In this document: in pieces, positions 45,803 through 55,634 of the stretch
How the letters are laid out: each line of letters starts with the position of its first letter
Position numbering within the stretch: position 1 is the stretch's first letter
Assembly: GCA_045578745.1 (NCBI GenBank)
Contig: JAZNKW010000067.1
Location: 1,987-65,986, forward strand
Reading direction: 5' to 3'
Length of the DNA: 64,000 nt
DNA from: Anaerovoracaceae bacterium
GTDB lineage: Bacteria; Bacillota; Clostridia; Peptostreptococcales; Anaerovoracaceae
Translations under genes and position numbers: made by a program
The notes under the pieces: model-generated
The model's input: only the letters and a program-made list of their open reading frames with translations
What the model was told of the DNA's origin: nothing
Database searches by the model: none

Positions 45803-47728
45803 TTATTCAATCATGATAATATTTCCTGCCTGATGCCAGCCATAGCCTCCAAACTCAGCCAGCTTTTCATGAAATGCAGAGCTTCTGAGAATCTCCAGAA
45901 ATGCCTGCACCTGCGGAAGCTGAAGATTTTGCCGGTCAATGGCAAAATCGTACTCTTCCACACCCACTTCAATAAAATCAAGTCCCATGGCATCGGCTGC
46001 CGGCTTGATTCCCATACCGGCATCAATTTCTTCGGAAGCTACTAGGGCTGCTACTGCCATATGGGTTGCCGCTTCCTTATCATAGCCGTCGATTTCTTCC
46101 GGACGGATTCCGGCCTGCTTCAGCTTGTAATCCAGAAGCACACGAGTACCGGCACCGCGCTGACGGTTTACATAGCGGACCCTTGTCAGGTCTTCCACGC
46201 CGCGGATTCCCTGAGGGTTGCCCTTCTTCACCATGATACCCTGAATCCGGTCCACACCTTTAATCAGGGCAATACGTCCGGATCCAAAGAGCTGTTTCAG
46301 GATGGCCTCATTATACCGTCCGTCAGCTTCATTGAGAAGATGAGTCGGTGCGATAGTGGTTTCCCCGCGCTGCAGGGCCATGAGCCCGCCCATACTGCCC
46401 ACGTGGGTGCTGGACAGGTACATGTTTCTATAACCGGCTGCCATCATATCGCTGATCACATCCATAATCATGTCGTGGCTTCCGATGGAAACCACAGTAT
46501 TTTCAATTTCTTTCAGGTCTTTGTATAATTCCACTTCCACCGTTTCACCGGCTTCATAACCTTCACTGTTCTGCGGGATGATGCAGAAACCGTCTGCACG
46601 TACCAGACTCATGGCCGCTCCGGCACCTCTTGCTAGAGGAGCTGCAACCAGCTTTCCGCCCACTTTTCCGATCTTTACACGGACATATTCCCTGTGCTTC
46701 AGTGAAGAGACCATACGGCGGGAAATCACCGCTTTAACCATGTTTTTCGGTTCTGCGGCATCACAGGTCCATTCTCCGCTTAACCTGCGCAAAACAGGCG
46801 TTACGAAGTTCTCAAAGGCAAGGTAAGCACTGACCGGATATCCCGGAAGGCCGATAACAGGCTTTCCATTGACTATGGCCAGAATCACCGGTTTACCCGG
46901 CTTCATTGCCACGCCGTGAACCACAACCTGGCCGATTTCCCTGAGAATGTGTACAGTATAATCTTCTGTTCCTGCGCTGGATCCTGCGTTAATCAGAACC
47001 ATGTCGTTGGTTTCCATAGCCTTGAGAACTGTCTTTTTAATCTTTTCATAATCATCTTCGACGATCGGCTGGCGGTTTGGCACTCCTCCGGCTTCTGTCA
47101 CCTGACCTGCGAACATACCGGAGTTGGAGTCAATAATATCCCCTTCCTGAGGTTCTTCTTTCGGCTCTATAATTTCCGTTCCGGTAGGAATGATGGCCAC
47201 ATGCGGCTTCTTATAGACCGGTACCTGCAGATTTCCGCTGGCAAGCAGCACGCCAAGATCAACGGGACGGATGCTGTGTCCTGTCTGGAGAATCATTTCC
47301 CCTGCCACAATATCTTCCCCAATGGAGCGTACATGGTTCCAGCCCGGCACCGATGCCAGAATCTGTACAGTTTCATCATCCATTTCGATGATATCTTCTG
47401 CCATGATGACCGCATCAAATGGAGCCTTCACAGGATCCCCGGTGTCCACGATTTTATAGTCTTCCCCCAGCTTCAAAGTCAGAGGACGGCTTTCTGATGC
47501 ACCTTTCGTTGCAGCCGCACGGACAGCAATCCCATCCATGGCCGCAGCATTAAAGAGCGGCGAACAGCACTTTGCAAAGACCGGTCCTGCAGTCTGCAGT
47601 CCCAAAGCTTCATAGGTATCCACCCATTCAATCTGCGGCTTCAGTGCCCCTGCAGCCTCCAGTGCTTTCATATATTCAGCCAGTGCCTCTTCTACCGGCT
47701 TTGTTTTCAAATACAGGTTTCGTTTCAT
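45803..47728 (-). CDS. MoeA-like molybdopterin molybdotransferase fused to a C-terminal periplasmic-binding-protein-like domain
   Basis: 641-aa ORF. MoeA domains I-IV are present (DGIAVRA, IIDSNS, INAGSSAGTEDY, VHGVAMKPGKP), followed by about 220 aa that look like a PBP type 2 domain. Confidence 0.8.
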   Translation of the reverse strand: MKRNLYLKTKPVEEALAEYMKALEAAGALKPQIEWVDTYEALGLQTAGPVFAKCCSPLFNAAAMDGIAVRAAATKGASESRPLTLKLGEDYKIVDTGDPVKAPFDAVIMAEDIIEMDDETVQILASVPGWNHVRSIGEDIVAGEMILQTGHSIRPVDLGVLLASGNLQVPVYKKPHVAIIPTGTEIIEPKEEPQEGDIIDSNSGMFAGQVTEAGGVPNRQPIVEDDYEKIKKTVLKAMETNDMVLINAGSSAGTEDYTVHILREIGQVVVHGVAMKPGKPVILAIVNGKPVIGLPGYPVSAYLAFENFVTPVLRRLSGEWTCDAAEPKNMVKAVISRRMVSSLKHREYVRVKIGKVGGKLVAAPLARGAGAAMSLVRADGFCIIPQNSEGYEAGETVEVELYKDLKEIENTVVSIGSHDMIMDVISDMMAAGYRNMYLSSTHVGSMGGLMALQRGETTIAPTHLLNEADGRYNEAILKQLFGSGRIALIKGVDRIQGIMVKKGNPQGIRGVEDLTRVRYVNRQRGAGTRVLLDYKLKQAGIRPEEIDGYDKEAATHMAVAALVASEEIDAGMGIKPAADAMGLDFIEVGVEEYDFAIDRQNLQLPQVQAFLEILRSSAFHEKLAEFGGYGWHQAGNIIMIE

Positions 47729-47737
47729 TGTTTTCCC

Positions 47738-48391
47738 TTAAATCAGATACTTCACTAATTGATCCGGATCATCGATAGTCAGCATAGGCTGTGATTCTGC
47801 CAGTTCTTCTGCAGTTCCATAACCCCAGGTCACGGCTACGCAGTTCATGCCTGCCTCTCTGGCACCGAATACATCGTGCTCCTTGTCACCTACCATGAGC
47901 ACATGTTCACGGTCACCCTTCAGTCCAAGACGCAGCAGTGCCTCTTCCACTACCTCGGATTTTCTGGACCGTCCTCCATTCAGTTCACTGCCCACCATCT
48001 CTATGAAATAATGGTCCAGATGGAAATATTCCAGGATCTGCTTTACGAAAACTTCAGGCTTGGAAGATGCCACTGCCAGCACATAGCCGCCTTCCTTCAG
48101 GTTCTTCAGCATATCTTCCACACCGTCATAGACTGCATTTTCAAAGAGTCCTACGGTAGTATACCGTTCTCTGTACAGCCTGATTGCCTGCTCTGCCTCT
48201 TCCTCTGTAAATCCGGCATATTTCATAAACTGTTCCTTCAGCGGCGGTCCCACAAAGACACGCAGCTTATCCAGATCCGGCTCCGGTTTTCCCATGCGTT
48301 CCAGTGCCTGCTGTACTGATTTTGTAATTCCGATCCCGGATTCGGTTAATGTACCGTCCAGATCAAATAAGATTGCTTTATATTTTTTCAT
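47738..48391 (-). CDS. HAD-IA family hydrolase (phosphoglycolate phosphatase-like)
   Basis: The motifs are ILFDLDGTL, SSKP and MVGDKEHD. Confidence 0.85.
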   Translation of the reverse strand: MKKYKAILFDLDGTLTESGIGITKSVQQALERMGKPEPDLDKLRVFVGPPLKEQFMKYAGFTEEEAEQAIRLYRERYTTVGLFENAVYDGVEDMLKNLKEGGYVLAVASSKPEVFVKQILEYFHLDHYFIEMVGSELNGGRSRKSEVVEEALLRLGLKGDREHVLMVGDKEHDVFGAREAGMNCVAVTWGYGTAEELAESQPMLTIDDPDQLVKYLI

Positions 48392-48489
48392 GTTGTACCC
48401 CCTGCTTCATACTTTTCTCCAGTATACCACAATCCCGTTTACATTTCTTCTGGTTTTTTGCTATAATGAACATGTCATGGAGGTATACT

Positions 48490-49368
48490 ATGAACAAAGC
48501 TATGAAATCAGCGATTTTCGCATTTATCACCGTTTTTCTGTGGTCTTCGGCCTTTCCCATCACAAAATTTGCAGCAGCGGCCTTTACGCCAAACGTTCTG
48601 GGACTTCTGCGGTGCAGCCTGGCTGCAGTGATTTTGCTGATCATAGGCCGAATCAATCAAATTCATGGACCGAAAAAAGCGTCCCATATTCCCCTGTTCC
48701 TGATATCCGGCGGCATGGGATTTTCGCTGTATATGATATTTTTCAATTCCGGTATGCTGACTCTCACATCAGCTACATCCAGCCTGATTATCGCAACCAC
48801 TCCGGTGCTGACAGCCATCGGTGCCGCACTGCTCTATCATGAAAAAATCAAGCCGGTGGGTTGGTGCGCCATCGCTGCTGCTTTTATGGGAGTAGCCGTT
48901 CTGCTGCTGACTGATACCAGCAAAGGCGGTCTTTCCGGCGGTGTCGGTCTTTTCTGGACTATGGCTGCCGCCCTGGTGTTCTGTTGCTACAATCTGATGA
49001 ACAGAAAGCTCCTCTCTATGGGCTACACTGCTGTGGAATGCGTTACCTGGAGTATGGTATGCGGCGCACTGTGGCTCATGCCTTTCCTGGGACAGGCCGT
49101 TCCGCAGGTGATGGAAGCACCTGTATATTCCATCGTCGCTACTATATATCTTGGGGCAATGCCAAGTGCTACGGCCTATCTTCTGTGGAGCAATGCCATG
49201 TCCCTGGCAAAACAGACCAGTGACGTGTCCAACTTCCAGTTCCTGACGCCGCTTCTGTCCACCGTCATGGGATTCGCCATGCTGGGAGAAGTACCAACGG
49301 CCATTACCATAGTTGGCGGACTGATTATCATCGCCAGCATTGTGGTATTCGGACTGAAAGGGAAATAA
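48490..49368 (+). CDS. DMT superfamily transporter (EamA family), second copy
   Basis: The start MNKAMKSAIFAF follows a GGAGG RBS. It has 10 predicted TM segments and an EamA repeat pattern. Confidence 0.85.
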   Translation: MNKAMKSAIFAFITVFLWSSAFPITKFAAAAFTPNVLGLLRCSLAAVILLIIGRINQIHGPKKASHIPLFLISGGMGFSLYMIFFNSGMLTLTSATSSLIIATTPVLTAIGAALLYHEKIKPVGWCAIAAAFMGVAVLLLTDTSKGGLSGGVGLFWTMAAALVFCCYNLMNRKLLSMGYTAVECVTWSMVCGALWLMPFLGQAVPQVMEAPVYSIVATIYLGAMPSATAYLLWSNAMSLAKQTSDVSNFQFLTPLLSTVMGFAMLGEVPTAITIVGGLIIIASIVVFGLKGK

Positions 49369-49463
49369 AAAAAATTTCAAAAAACATAAATTTTATCACC
49401 ACTTTTTCACTGTTTCGTGTATAATGTTAACAAGTTATTGAAAAACCGCAGGAGGGTTGCATC

Positions 49464-49682
49464 ATGGAAGAATTAAAAAAAGACCTGAACGAAGTCTGCG
49501 AAAAGATTGAAGACAAAGCAGAAGCAATCGTGGACAAACTGGAAGCAAAGGCTGAGAAGCTGGAAGCAAAAGCTGAAGTTATGCTGGATAAGCTGGAAGA
49601 TAAAGCCGATGAACTGAAGGACAAGGCAGAAAACTTTTTCGATAAAATTGAAAACACAATCGAAGAAAAACTGAAAAAATAA
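49464..49682 (+). CDS. Hypothetical 72-aa acidic coiled-coil protein with Lys/Glu/Ala/Asp repeats
   Basis: An AGGAGGG RBS lies 8 nt upstream. The sequence DKAEAIVDKLEAKAEKLEAKAEVMLDKLEDKADELKDKAE is heptad-like and repetitive. Confidence 0.55.
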   Translation: MEELKKDLNEVCEKIEDKAEAIVDKLEAKAEKLEAKAEVMLDKLEDKADELKDKAENFFDKIENTIEEKLKK

Positions 49683-49697
49683 ACAGGAGCGGTTATT

Positions 49698-49901
49698 ATG
49701 GTTAAAAAAGGTTTAAGAAAATCCCCAGCGGAACGTATCGCGCTGGCAGAAGCAAAGAAGAAAAAGAAGAAAAGAAACAGAATTATTACAGGCGCTGCTG
49801 CAGTAACCACTGCGAGTGCTATGGTTGCAGCAATTTATGCAGCATGCCGTGCACAGGATAAAAAGGACCAGGAAGAAGAACCTGCGGACTTTGAAGAATA
49901 A
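49698..49901 (+). CDS. Hypothetical 67-aa protein: basic N-terminus, one TM helix, acidic tail
   Basis: An AGGAG RBS lies upstream. The segments are KKKKKKRNR, then IITGAAAVTTASAMVAAIYAA, then DKKDQEEEPADFEE. A terminator follows. Confidence 0.5.
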   Translation: MVKKGLRKSPAERIALAEAKKKKKKRNRIITGAAAVTTASAMVAAIYAACRAQDKKDQEEEPADFEE

Positions 49902-49914
49902 CCACAAGATACAG

Positions 49915-49947
49915 AAAAACGAAGGAGAGGCTCAGCCTCTCCTTTTA
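49915..49947. terminator. Bidirectional terminator
   Basis: An AGGAGAGGC/GCCTCTCCT stem with loop TCA and flanking A and T runs. Confidence 0.75.
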
Positions 49948-49953
49948 TGTTTC

Positions 49954-51096
49954 TTATTTTCCGGCTTTCAGATCAGCCAGGTCGCAGAGCAACAGCCACG
50001 CGAACCGGATATTCGGCTCGATGGTTGATATCTCCAGATATTCCTTATCACTGTGGTCAAAGTCACCTGTAGGTCCAAGTCCGTCCACGCAGATGGCACC
50101 GCAGGCAGACGCATGGTTTGCATCAGACAGGCCGCCGCGAGGCTTGCTCTTATACGGAATGCCGTTTGCTTCTGACAGAGCCCGTATTCTCGCTTCGTAC
50201 GCCAGTGTACGGTCATCCGGCTTCATCGGCGGAGTTGCCAGAACATCCTTCACCACTGCTTCAATGCGAACTTCTTCCGCATGTTTTTTCAGTGCTTCCA
50301 TGGTTTCCATCAGCTTTTCGTACTCATCCATGGTTTCAAAACGTGATTCAAAGGACATCTCTGCGAAATCAGGCACGATATTATGCTGAATTCCACCGCG
50401 GATGACGCCCACGTTCACACTGGTATTCTTTTCGTAGCTCAGGTGCTCGTTCAGCTTACAGGTCCAGTAAACCAACTCATTGATGGCAGAACGGGAATCT
50501 TCCACCAGCAGGTAACCCGCATGCCCAGCCTGTCCGTGGAATTCCACGGAAGCACGGTACTGGCCCTTTCTTTCAATGCAGTGGGAACCGTCTGTGGATG
50601 CTGCTTCGAATACATAAGCATGGCTTGCTTTCCGTGCATACTCCTGAATCAGACCCTTGGAATAAATACTGTTAATTTCTTCGTCCGGGTTGAAGATAGC
50701 TACAATGTTCAGTGCTTCATTTACTTCTTCCGGCAGCTGTTCCAGGATATACGCCATGGCCAGGCATCCCTGCTTCATATCCAGAGTTCCCAGGCCGTAA
50801 GCCCGCTTTTCGTCCCTTCTGAAAGGACGCTTGGCAGTTTCACCAGTTGGAAATACAGTATCTACATGGCCAATCAGCAGCGCATCATAGTGGTCAGCCT
50901 CACGATTCTTCACCACGGTACACTTACCGGTTTCAGCACCTACATCCACCTGCTCGCAAATCCAGCCCGCTTCCGCCAGGCGGTCTGCAAAATATTTTCC
51001 TACCGCAGTAATCCCTTCCGGATTGCCCAGGCCGCTGTCCATATTCACCAGCATTTCCAGTTCCTGCAGGTATTTTTCAATATCAATTTTAATCAT
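49954..51096 (-). CDS. M20 family metallopeptidase (carboxypeptidase G2 / acyl-amino-acid hydrolase-like)
   Basis: LLIGHVDTVFP and NPDEEINS are metal-ligand motifs. 380 aa. Confidence 0.85.
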   Translation of the reverse strand: MIKIDIEKYLQELEMLVNMDSGLGNPEGITAVGKYFADRLAEAGWICEQVDVGAETGKCTVVKNREADHYDALLIGHVDTVFPTGETAKRPFRRDEKRAYGLGTLDMKQGCLAMAYILEQLPEEVNEALNIVAIFNPDEEINSIYSKGLIQEYARKASHAYVFEAASTDGSHCIERKGQYRASVEFHGQAGHAGYLLVEDSRSAINELVYWTCKLNEHLSYEKNTSVNVGVIRGGIQHNIVPDFAEMSFESRFETMDEYEKLMETMEALKKHAEEVRIEAVVKDVLATPPMKPDDRTLAYEARIRALSEANGIPYKSKPRGGLSDANHASACGAICVDGLGPTGDFDHSDKEYLEISTIEPNIRFAWLLLCDLADLKAGK

Positions 51097-52208
51097 TATT
51101 CTGCCCCCAGTACAAAGGTATCCAGAGTCTTAGCCTTCAGTTTTTCCAGATCCGGCTTAATCGGAGTACCAACACGGTCTACACACTGAATCGTCCGCAG
51201 CGGAGTTTCTTCAATCACGCTTTCTGTGATGATTTCCGGATAGTTAATGGTGGATGGTGTAATGTCGTGCGGATATACCATGTTTGCAATACCTGCAGCT
51301 TCTGCACAGATAGCCTTGCCCACATCACTTTCCATCATACCGCCAATCCAGCAGCCGATACCTGCCTGCTGACAGATTTTGTTGATGTCCAGAGTATTCT
51401 GCAGACCGCCCACTCTGGCCGGCTTGATGTTGATGAAGCCGCATGCTCCCAGCTCAGCAGCCTGTTCTGCCTGCCATACTTCCGTAATGGTCTCATCCAG
51501 ACACAGCGGTGTTTCAATCTGCTTCTGCAGCTTGGAATGGTAATAGATGTCCAGATTCTGGAATGGCTGCTCAATCATAGCCAGATGGAACTTGTCCATC
51601 TTCTTAAAGATATCCATTTCGTCGATGGTGTAACTGGAGTTGCAGTCAATGTGAATGGTCTCATTCGGGAATACACTTCTTACTGCTTCCAGCATTTCCA
51701 CATCCCAGCCATGCATGGTTTTCAGCTTTACACGTTTATATCCCATATCCAGACTCTTGCCGATATTTTCAATGAGTTCATCATAGCTGTCATATACGCC
51801 CCAGCCATCACCCACGTCTACCTCGTCCTTTTCACGTCCAAGAAGTGCGCCAAGGCTCTTGCCCTTCACGTCCGCATCCAGACACCACCAGGCCATCTCG
51901 ATGGCAGATTTTGCAAAAGGATTACCCTTCACATGGCTCATGGCAGCATTCAGTTCCCGTGCAGTTGAAAAGTCGCGGCCGATGACAGACGGCGCCAGGA
52001 AACGTTTTGCCACATCAAAGGCACCTGCACCGTACTCACAGCTGTAGTTAGGTCCGGGCAGCGGGCTGGCTTCACTCCAGCCTTCCTTATCCCCGCTGAT
52101 CATACGGGCAAACACAGCGCAGTTTCCCGGGTCGGATCCGTAGGCTGTACGCCATGGTTTATGGAATCTGTTTTCTACAAGATAAAGTTCAATTCGGTCA
52201 ATATGCAT
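51096..52208 (-). CDS. Enolase-superfamily enzyme of the o-succinylbenzoate synthase / N-acylamino-acid racemase (OSBS/NSAR) type
   Basis: The KxK motif is YKRVKLK. The metal ligands are in IHIDCN, MIEQP and LCLDE. The second catalytic Lys is in INIKPARVGG. Confidence 0.85.
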   Translation of the reverse strand: MHIDRIELYLVENRFHKPWRTAYGSDPGNCAVFARMISGDKEGWSEASPLPGPNYSCEYGAGAFDVAKRFLAPSVIGRDFSTARELNAAMSHVKGNPFAKSAIEMAWWCLDADVKGKSLGALLGREKDEVDVGDGWGVYDSYDELIENIGKSLDMGYKRVKLKTMHGWDVEMLEAVRSVFPNETIHIDCNSSYTIDEMDIFKKMDKFHLAMIEQPFQNLDIYYHSKLQKQIETPLCLDETITEVWQAEQAAELGACGFINIKPARVGGLQNTLDINKICQQAGIGCWIGGMMESDVGKAICAEAAGIANMVYPHDITPSTINYPEIITESVIEETPLRTIQCVDRVGTPIKPDLEKLKAKTLDTFVLGAE

Positions 52209-52391
52209 GGTAATCCTCCTTTATGGCTTGCTTTTTTATGGTTTTATTATAGCAGAACCGCCCATTTGTTCAATAAGGAAACGTATTTTCCTGTATATTT
52301 CATTTACTGAACCGCCTCGATAGAATTTTGATATTACCAGTCTGCCGCTTTACCGTGATATAATAGTGACAAGACCGAAGGGAGGGATACC

Positions 52392-53315
52392 ATGACAATC
52401 CAGCAATGCAAGTATATCCTGAAAATCGCAGAATGCGGCTCTTTTAATGAAGCTGCACGCCAGCTCTTCATCGCCCAGTCAAGCCTGTCCGTCAGCGTAA
52501 AAGCACTGGAACAGGAGCTGGGTATCAAAATCTTCGAACGCTCCGGCAATGGTGTATATCTGACGGAAGCGGGCACTGAATTCGTCCGTTATGCGCGGCA
52601 GATTGCAGAGCAGAGCGATTTCATACTGGACCGGTATTCCGAAAATACGCTGAATCAGCGGCTATACATCTCTACTCAGCATTACGACTTTGTGGCAGAT
52701 ATCTTCGGCCAGATGCTCAATGAAAGAGAAAATTCGGATGCAGCTTACCGTTTCGCACTCCGTGAGATGAAAACCTATGACGTAATCCATGAAACGGAAA
52801 CCGCCTTCTGTGACATCGGTATCATTGCCATGAAAGGCAAGGACTGCAGTGTTATGGAACGGTATCTGGGCAGCCGCGGACTGTCCTTCACCCCGATACT
52901 GAAAGCGCTGCCTCATGTCTTTGTACGGCAGGAACACCCTCTGGCACGCTGCAGCGTCATTGCCGCAGAAGACCTGAAAGACTTCCCTTACGTGTCTTAT
53001 GAACAGGGCGACCACAGCAATTCCTTCTTCGAAGAAGAAATTACCGGAACTTACAGCAGCCGTCAGATTGAAATCAGCGACCGTGCCAGCCTGATGAATG
53101 TACTGCTGTCCACCAACAGCTGCACCCTGGGAACCGGCATCATGCCTTCTGCTCTCAATGAAGGCAGAATTGTCAGCATCCCATTCGAAAGTGATGATTA
53201 CTATATGATCGGATATATCCTCCGGACCGACCGGAACGTATCAGCCCTGACAGAGTACTTCATCGAAATGCTTTGCCGGAAAGCCAGTGAAATTCAGAGC
53301 AAAGAAGGTGAATGA
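52392..53315 (+). CDS. LysR family transcriptional regulator
   Basis: The N-terminal helix-turn-helix is QQCKYILKIAECGSFNEAARQLFIAQSSLS. It has a C-terminal substrate-binding domain. Its stop overlaps the tdh start (ATGA). Confidence 0.9.
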   Translation: MTIQQCKYILKIAECGSFNEAARQLFIAQSSLSVSVKALEQELGIKIFERSGNGVYLTEAGTEFVRYARQIAEQSDFILDRYSENTLNQRLYISTQHYDFVADIFGQMLNERENSDAAYRFALREMKTYDVIHETETAFCDIGIIAMKGKDCSVMERYLGSRGLSFTPILKALPHVFVRQEHPLARCSVIAAEDLKDFPYVSYEQGDHSNSFFEEEITGTYSSRQIEISDRASLMNVLLSTNSCTLGTGIMPSALNEGRIVSIPFESDDYYMIGYILRTDRNVSALTEYFIEMLCRKASEIQSKEGE

Positions 53316-54358
53316 CAATGAAGAAAATGATGAACGCAATCGTAAAACCGACAGCAGGCCCGGGTCTTGAACTCCGGCAGGTACCGGTTCCTGTACCAGG
53401 CCCCGGCGAAGTCCTGATTAAAGTACATAAAACCGCCATCTGCGGCACCGATGTACATATCTACAACTGGGATCCTTGGGCTGTTCAGCACATCAAACCG
53501 CCTATGACCATCGGTCACGAATACGTGGGTGAAATCGCAGAGCTTGGTCCTGGTGTGAAGGATTTTACGGTAGGACAGCGTGTCAGCGGCGAAGGCCATC
53601 TGACCTGCGGACACTGCCGTAACTGCCTTAACGGCGACATCCAGTGGTGCAAAGACACGGTCAGCGTGGGTGTGGACCGTGACGGTGCTTTCGCAGAGTA
53701 CGTATGCATTCCGGCCACCAATCTGGTCGCTGTGGATGAATCCCTGCCGGAAGACGTGGTTGCGTTCTTCGATGCCTTCGGCAATGCAGCCCACACCGCT
53801 CTTATGTGGAATCTGGTAGGCGAAGACGTGCTTATCACCGGTGCAGGCCCTATCGGCATGATTGCAGCCGGAATCTGCCGTCATGCAGGCGCCCGCCGTG
53901 TAGTCATCACCGATACCAACGATTACCGCCTGGATCTGGCCCGCAAAATGGGTGTAGACCGTGCAGTGAACATTACCTGTGAGGATCTCCGTCAGGTAAT
54001 GAAGGAACTGCATATTATGGAAGGGTTCGATGTGGGTCTGGAAATGTCCGGAAATGGTGCTGCTCTGAAGCAGATGTTCACCGTTATGCGTAACGGTGGC
54101 TGCATCAGTCTGCTTGGTATCTCCAACGTTCCGGTTGACATCGATATGAACGAAATCATCGGCCGTGGCCTCCGCCTCCAGGGAATCTACGGCCGTAAGA
54201 TGGACAACTGGCATCAGATGTCCTACATGGTGCAGGGCGGACTGGACCTGACCCCAATCATCACCCACCGCTTCCACTACACCGACTTCGAAAAAGGTTT
54301 CGCCGCAATGAACAGTGGTATGTCCGGCAAAGTTGTGTTAGACTGGACACAGGAATAA
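53312..54358 (+). CDS. tdh: L-threonine 3-dehydrogenase
   Basis: A zinc-ADH fold: AICGTDVHIY, GHEYVGE and GEGHLTCGHCRNC. ITGAGPIG is the NAD-binding site. It is paired with kbl. Confidence 0.93.
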   Translation: MTMKKMMNAIVKPTAGPGLELRQVPVPVPGPGEVLIKVHKTAICGTDVHIYNWDPWAVQHIKPPMTIGHEYVGEIAELGPGVKDFTVGQRVSGEGHLTCGHCRNCLNGDIQWCKDTVSVGVDRDGAFAEYVCIPATNLVAVDESLPEDVVAFFDAFGNAAHTALMWNLVGEDVLITGAGPIGMIAAGICRHAGARRVVITDTNDYRLDLARKMGVDRAVNITCEDLRQVMKELHIMEGFDVGLEMSGNGAALKQMFTVMRNGGCISLLGISNVPVDIDMNEIIGRGLRLQGIYGRKMDNWHQMSYMVQGGLDLTPIITHRFHYTDFEKGFAAMNSGMSGKVVLDWTQE

Positions 54359-54408
54359 ATTTACGGACGACAGCCAGCCGGCCCGCCAGATAACGAAAGG
54401 AACTCGCT

Positions 54409-55596
54409 ATGAAAACAGCTTTGAAAAAATATCAGCAGACACTTGCTGAAATCCGCGAAAGCGGCACCTGGAAAAATGAACGAATCATCACCACACCGCA
54501 GAAGTCCAGAATCGACACTACCGCTGCATCTCACGTGGTAAACATGTGTGCCAACAACTACCTTGGTCTTTCCGATAATGCCCAGCTCATCGAAGCAGCC
54601 AAAGCCAGCTACGATCAGTGGGGCTTCGGTCTCAGCTCCGTCCGCTTCATCTGCGGCACCCAGCAGATTCACAAGGATCTGGAAAAGAAGATTGCAGAGT
54701 TCCTGGGTATGGACGATGTAATGCTCTCCTCCTCCTGCTTCGATGTCAACGGCGGCCTCTTTGAAACCATTCTGGGGGCGGAAGATGCCATCATTTCCGA
54801 CGAACTGAACCATGCTTCCATCATCGACGGCACCCGTCTGTGCAAGGCGAAGCGTTACCGTTATAAAAACAATGACATGGAAGACCTCCGTGCAAAACTT
54901 GAAGAAGCGAAAGCTGCCGGTGCACAGACCCTTCTCATTGCCACCGACGGCGTCTTCTCCATGGACGGCTATGTGGCGAACCTTTCTGCCATCTGCGACC
55001 TGGCCGATGAATATGACGCCCTGGTTATGGTGGACGACAGCCATTCCGTAGGCTTCATGGGTGACCATGGCCGCGGCACTGCTGAGTTCTGCGGTGTAGA
55101 AGGCCGTGTGGACATCACCACCGGCACTCTGGGCAAAGCCCTCGGCGGTGCTTCCGGCGGCTACACTGCAGCCCGCCAGGAAATCGTGGACCTGCTCCGT
55201 CAGCGAAGCCGCCCTTACCTCTTCTCCAACACCCTGGCACCTGCCATCTGCGCGGCATCTCTGAAGACTTTCGACATGCTGACCGAATCCACCGCCCTCC
55301 GCGACAAGGTTCACAGCAATACTTCCTGGTTCCGTGCAAAGATGGAAGAAGCCGGTTTCGACCTGCTCCCTGGCTATCACCCAATCGTGGCTGTAATGCT
55401 CTACGATGCCAAGGTTGCTGCCGAATTCGCAGACCGCATGCTGCAGAAGGGTGTATATGTAACTTCATTTACATACCCTGTGGTTCCAAAGGGTAAGGCC
55501 AGAATCCGTACCCAGGTTTCCGCCGGTCACTCCCTGGAAGACCTGGACTTCGCAGTATCCTGCTTCAAGGCCGTGAAGGAAGAAATGGGCCTGTAA
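54409..55596 (+). CDS. kbl: Glycine C-acetyltransferase (2-amino-3-ketobutyrate CoA ligase)
   Basis: The motifs are NNYLGL, VDDSHS and TLGKALGG (PLP-binding Lys). It lies directly downstream of tdh. Confidence 0.93.
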   Translation: MKTALKKYQQTLAEIRESGTWKNERIITTPQKSRIDTTAASHVVNMCANNYLGLSDNAQLIEAAKASYDQWGFGLSSVRFICGTQQIHKDLEKKIAEFLGMDDVMLSSSCFDVNGGLFETILGAEDAIISDELNHASIIDGTRLCKAKRYRYKNNDMEDLRAKLEEAKAAGAQTLLIATDGVFSMDGYVANLSAICDLADEYDALVMVDDSHSVGFMGDHGRGTAEFCGVEGRVDITTGTLGKALGGASGGYTAARQEIVDLLRQRSRPYLFSNTLAPAICAASLKTFDMLTESTALRDKVHSNTSWFRAKMEEAGFDLLPGYHPIVAVMLYDAKVAAEFADRMLQKGVYVTSFTYPVVPKGKARIRTQVSAGHSLEDLDFAVSCFKAVKEEMGL

Positions 55597-55634
55597 ACAC
55601 AGCAAACTTTCATATGCAAATATACCCAAGGGAA

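Noticed and set aside
49427-49810. A 127-aa Ser/Phe/Ala-rich antisense ORF opposite the two small plus-strand genes.
   Set aside because: It is a low-complexity mirror of the Lys/Glu/Ala repeat sequence. It has no RBS, while both plus-strand ORFs have RBSs and share a terminator. I note that low-complexity sequence weakens confidence in all three frames.
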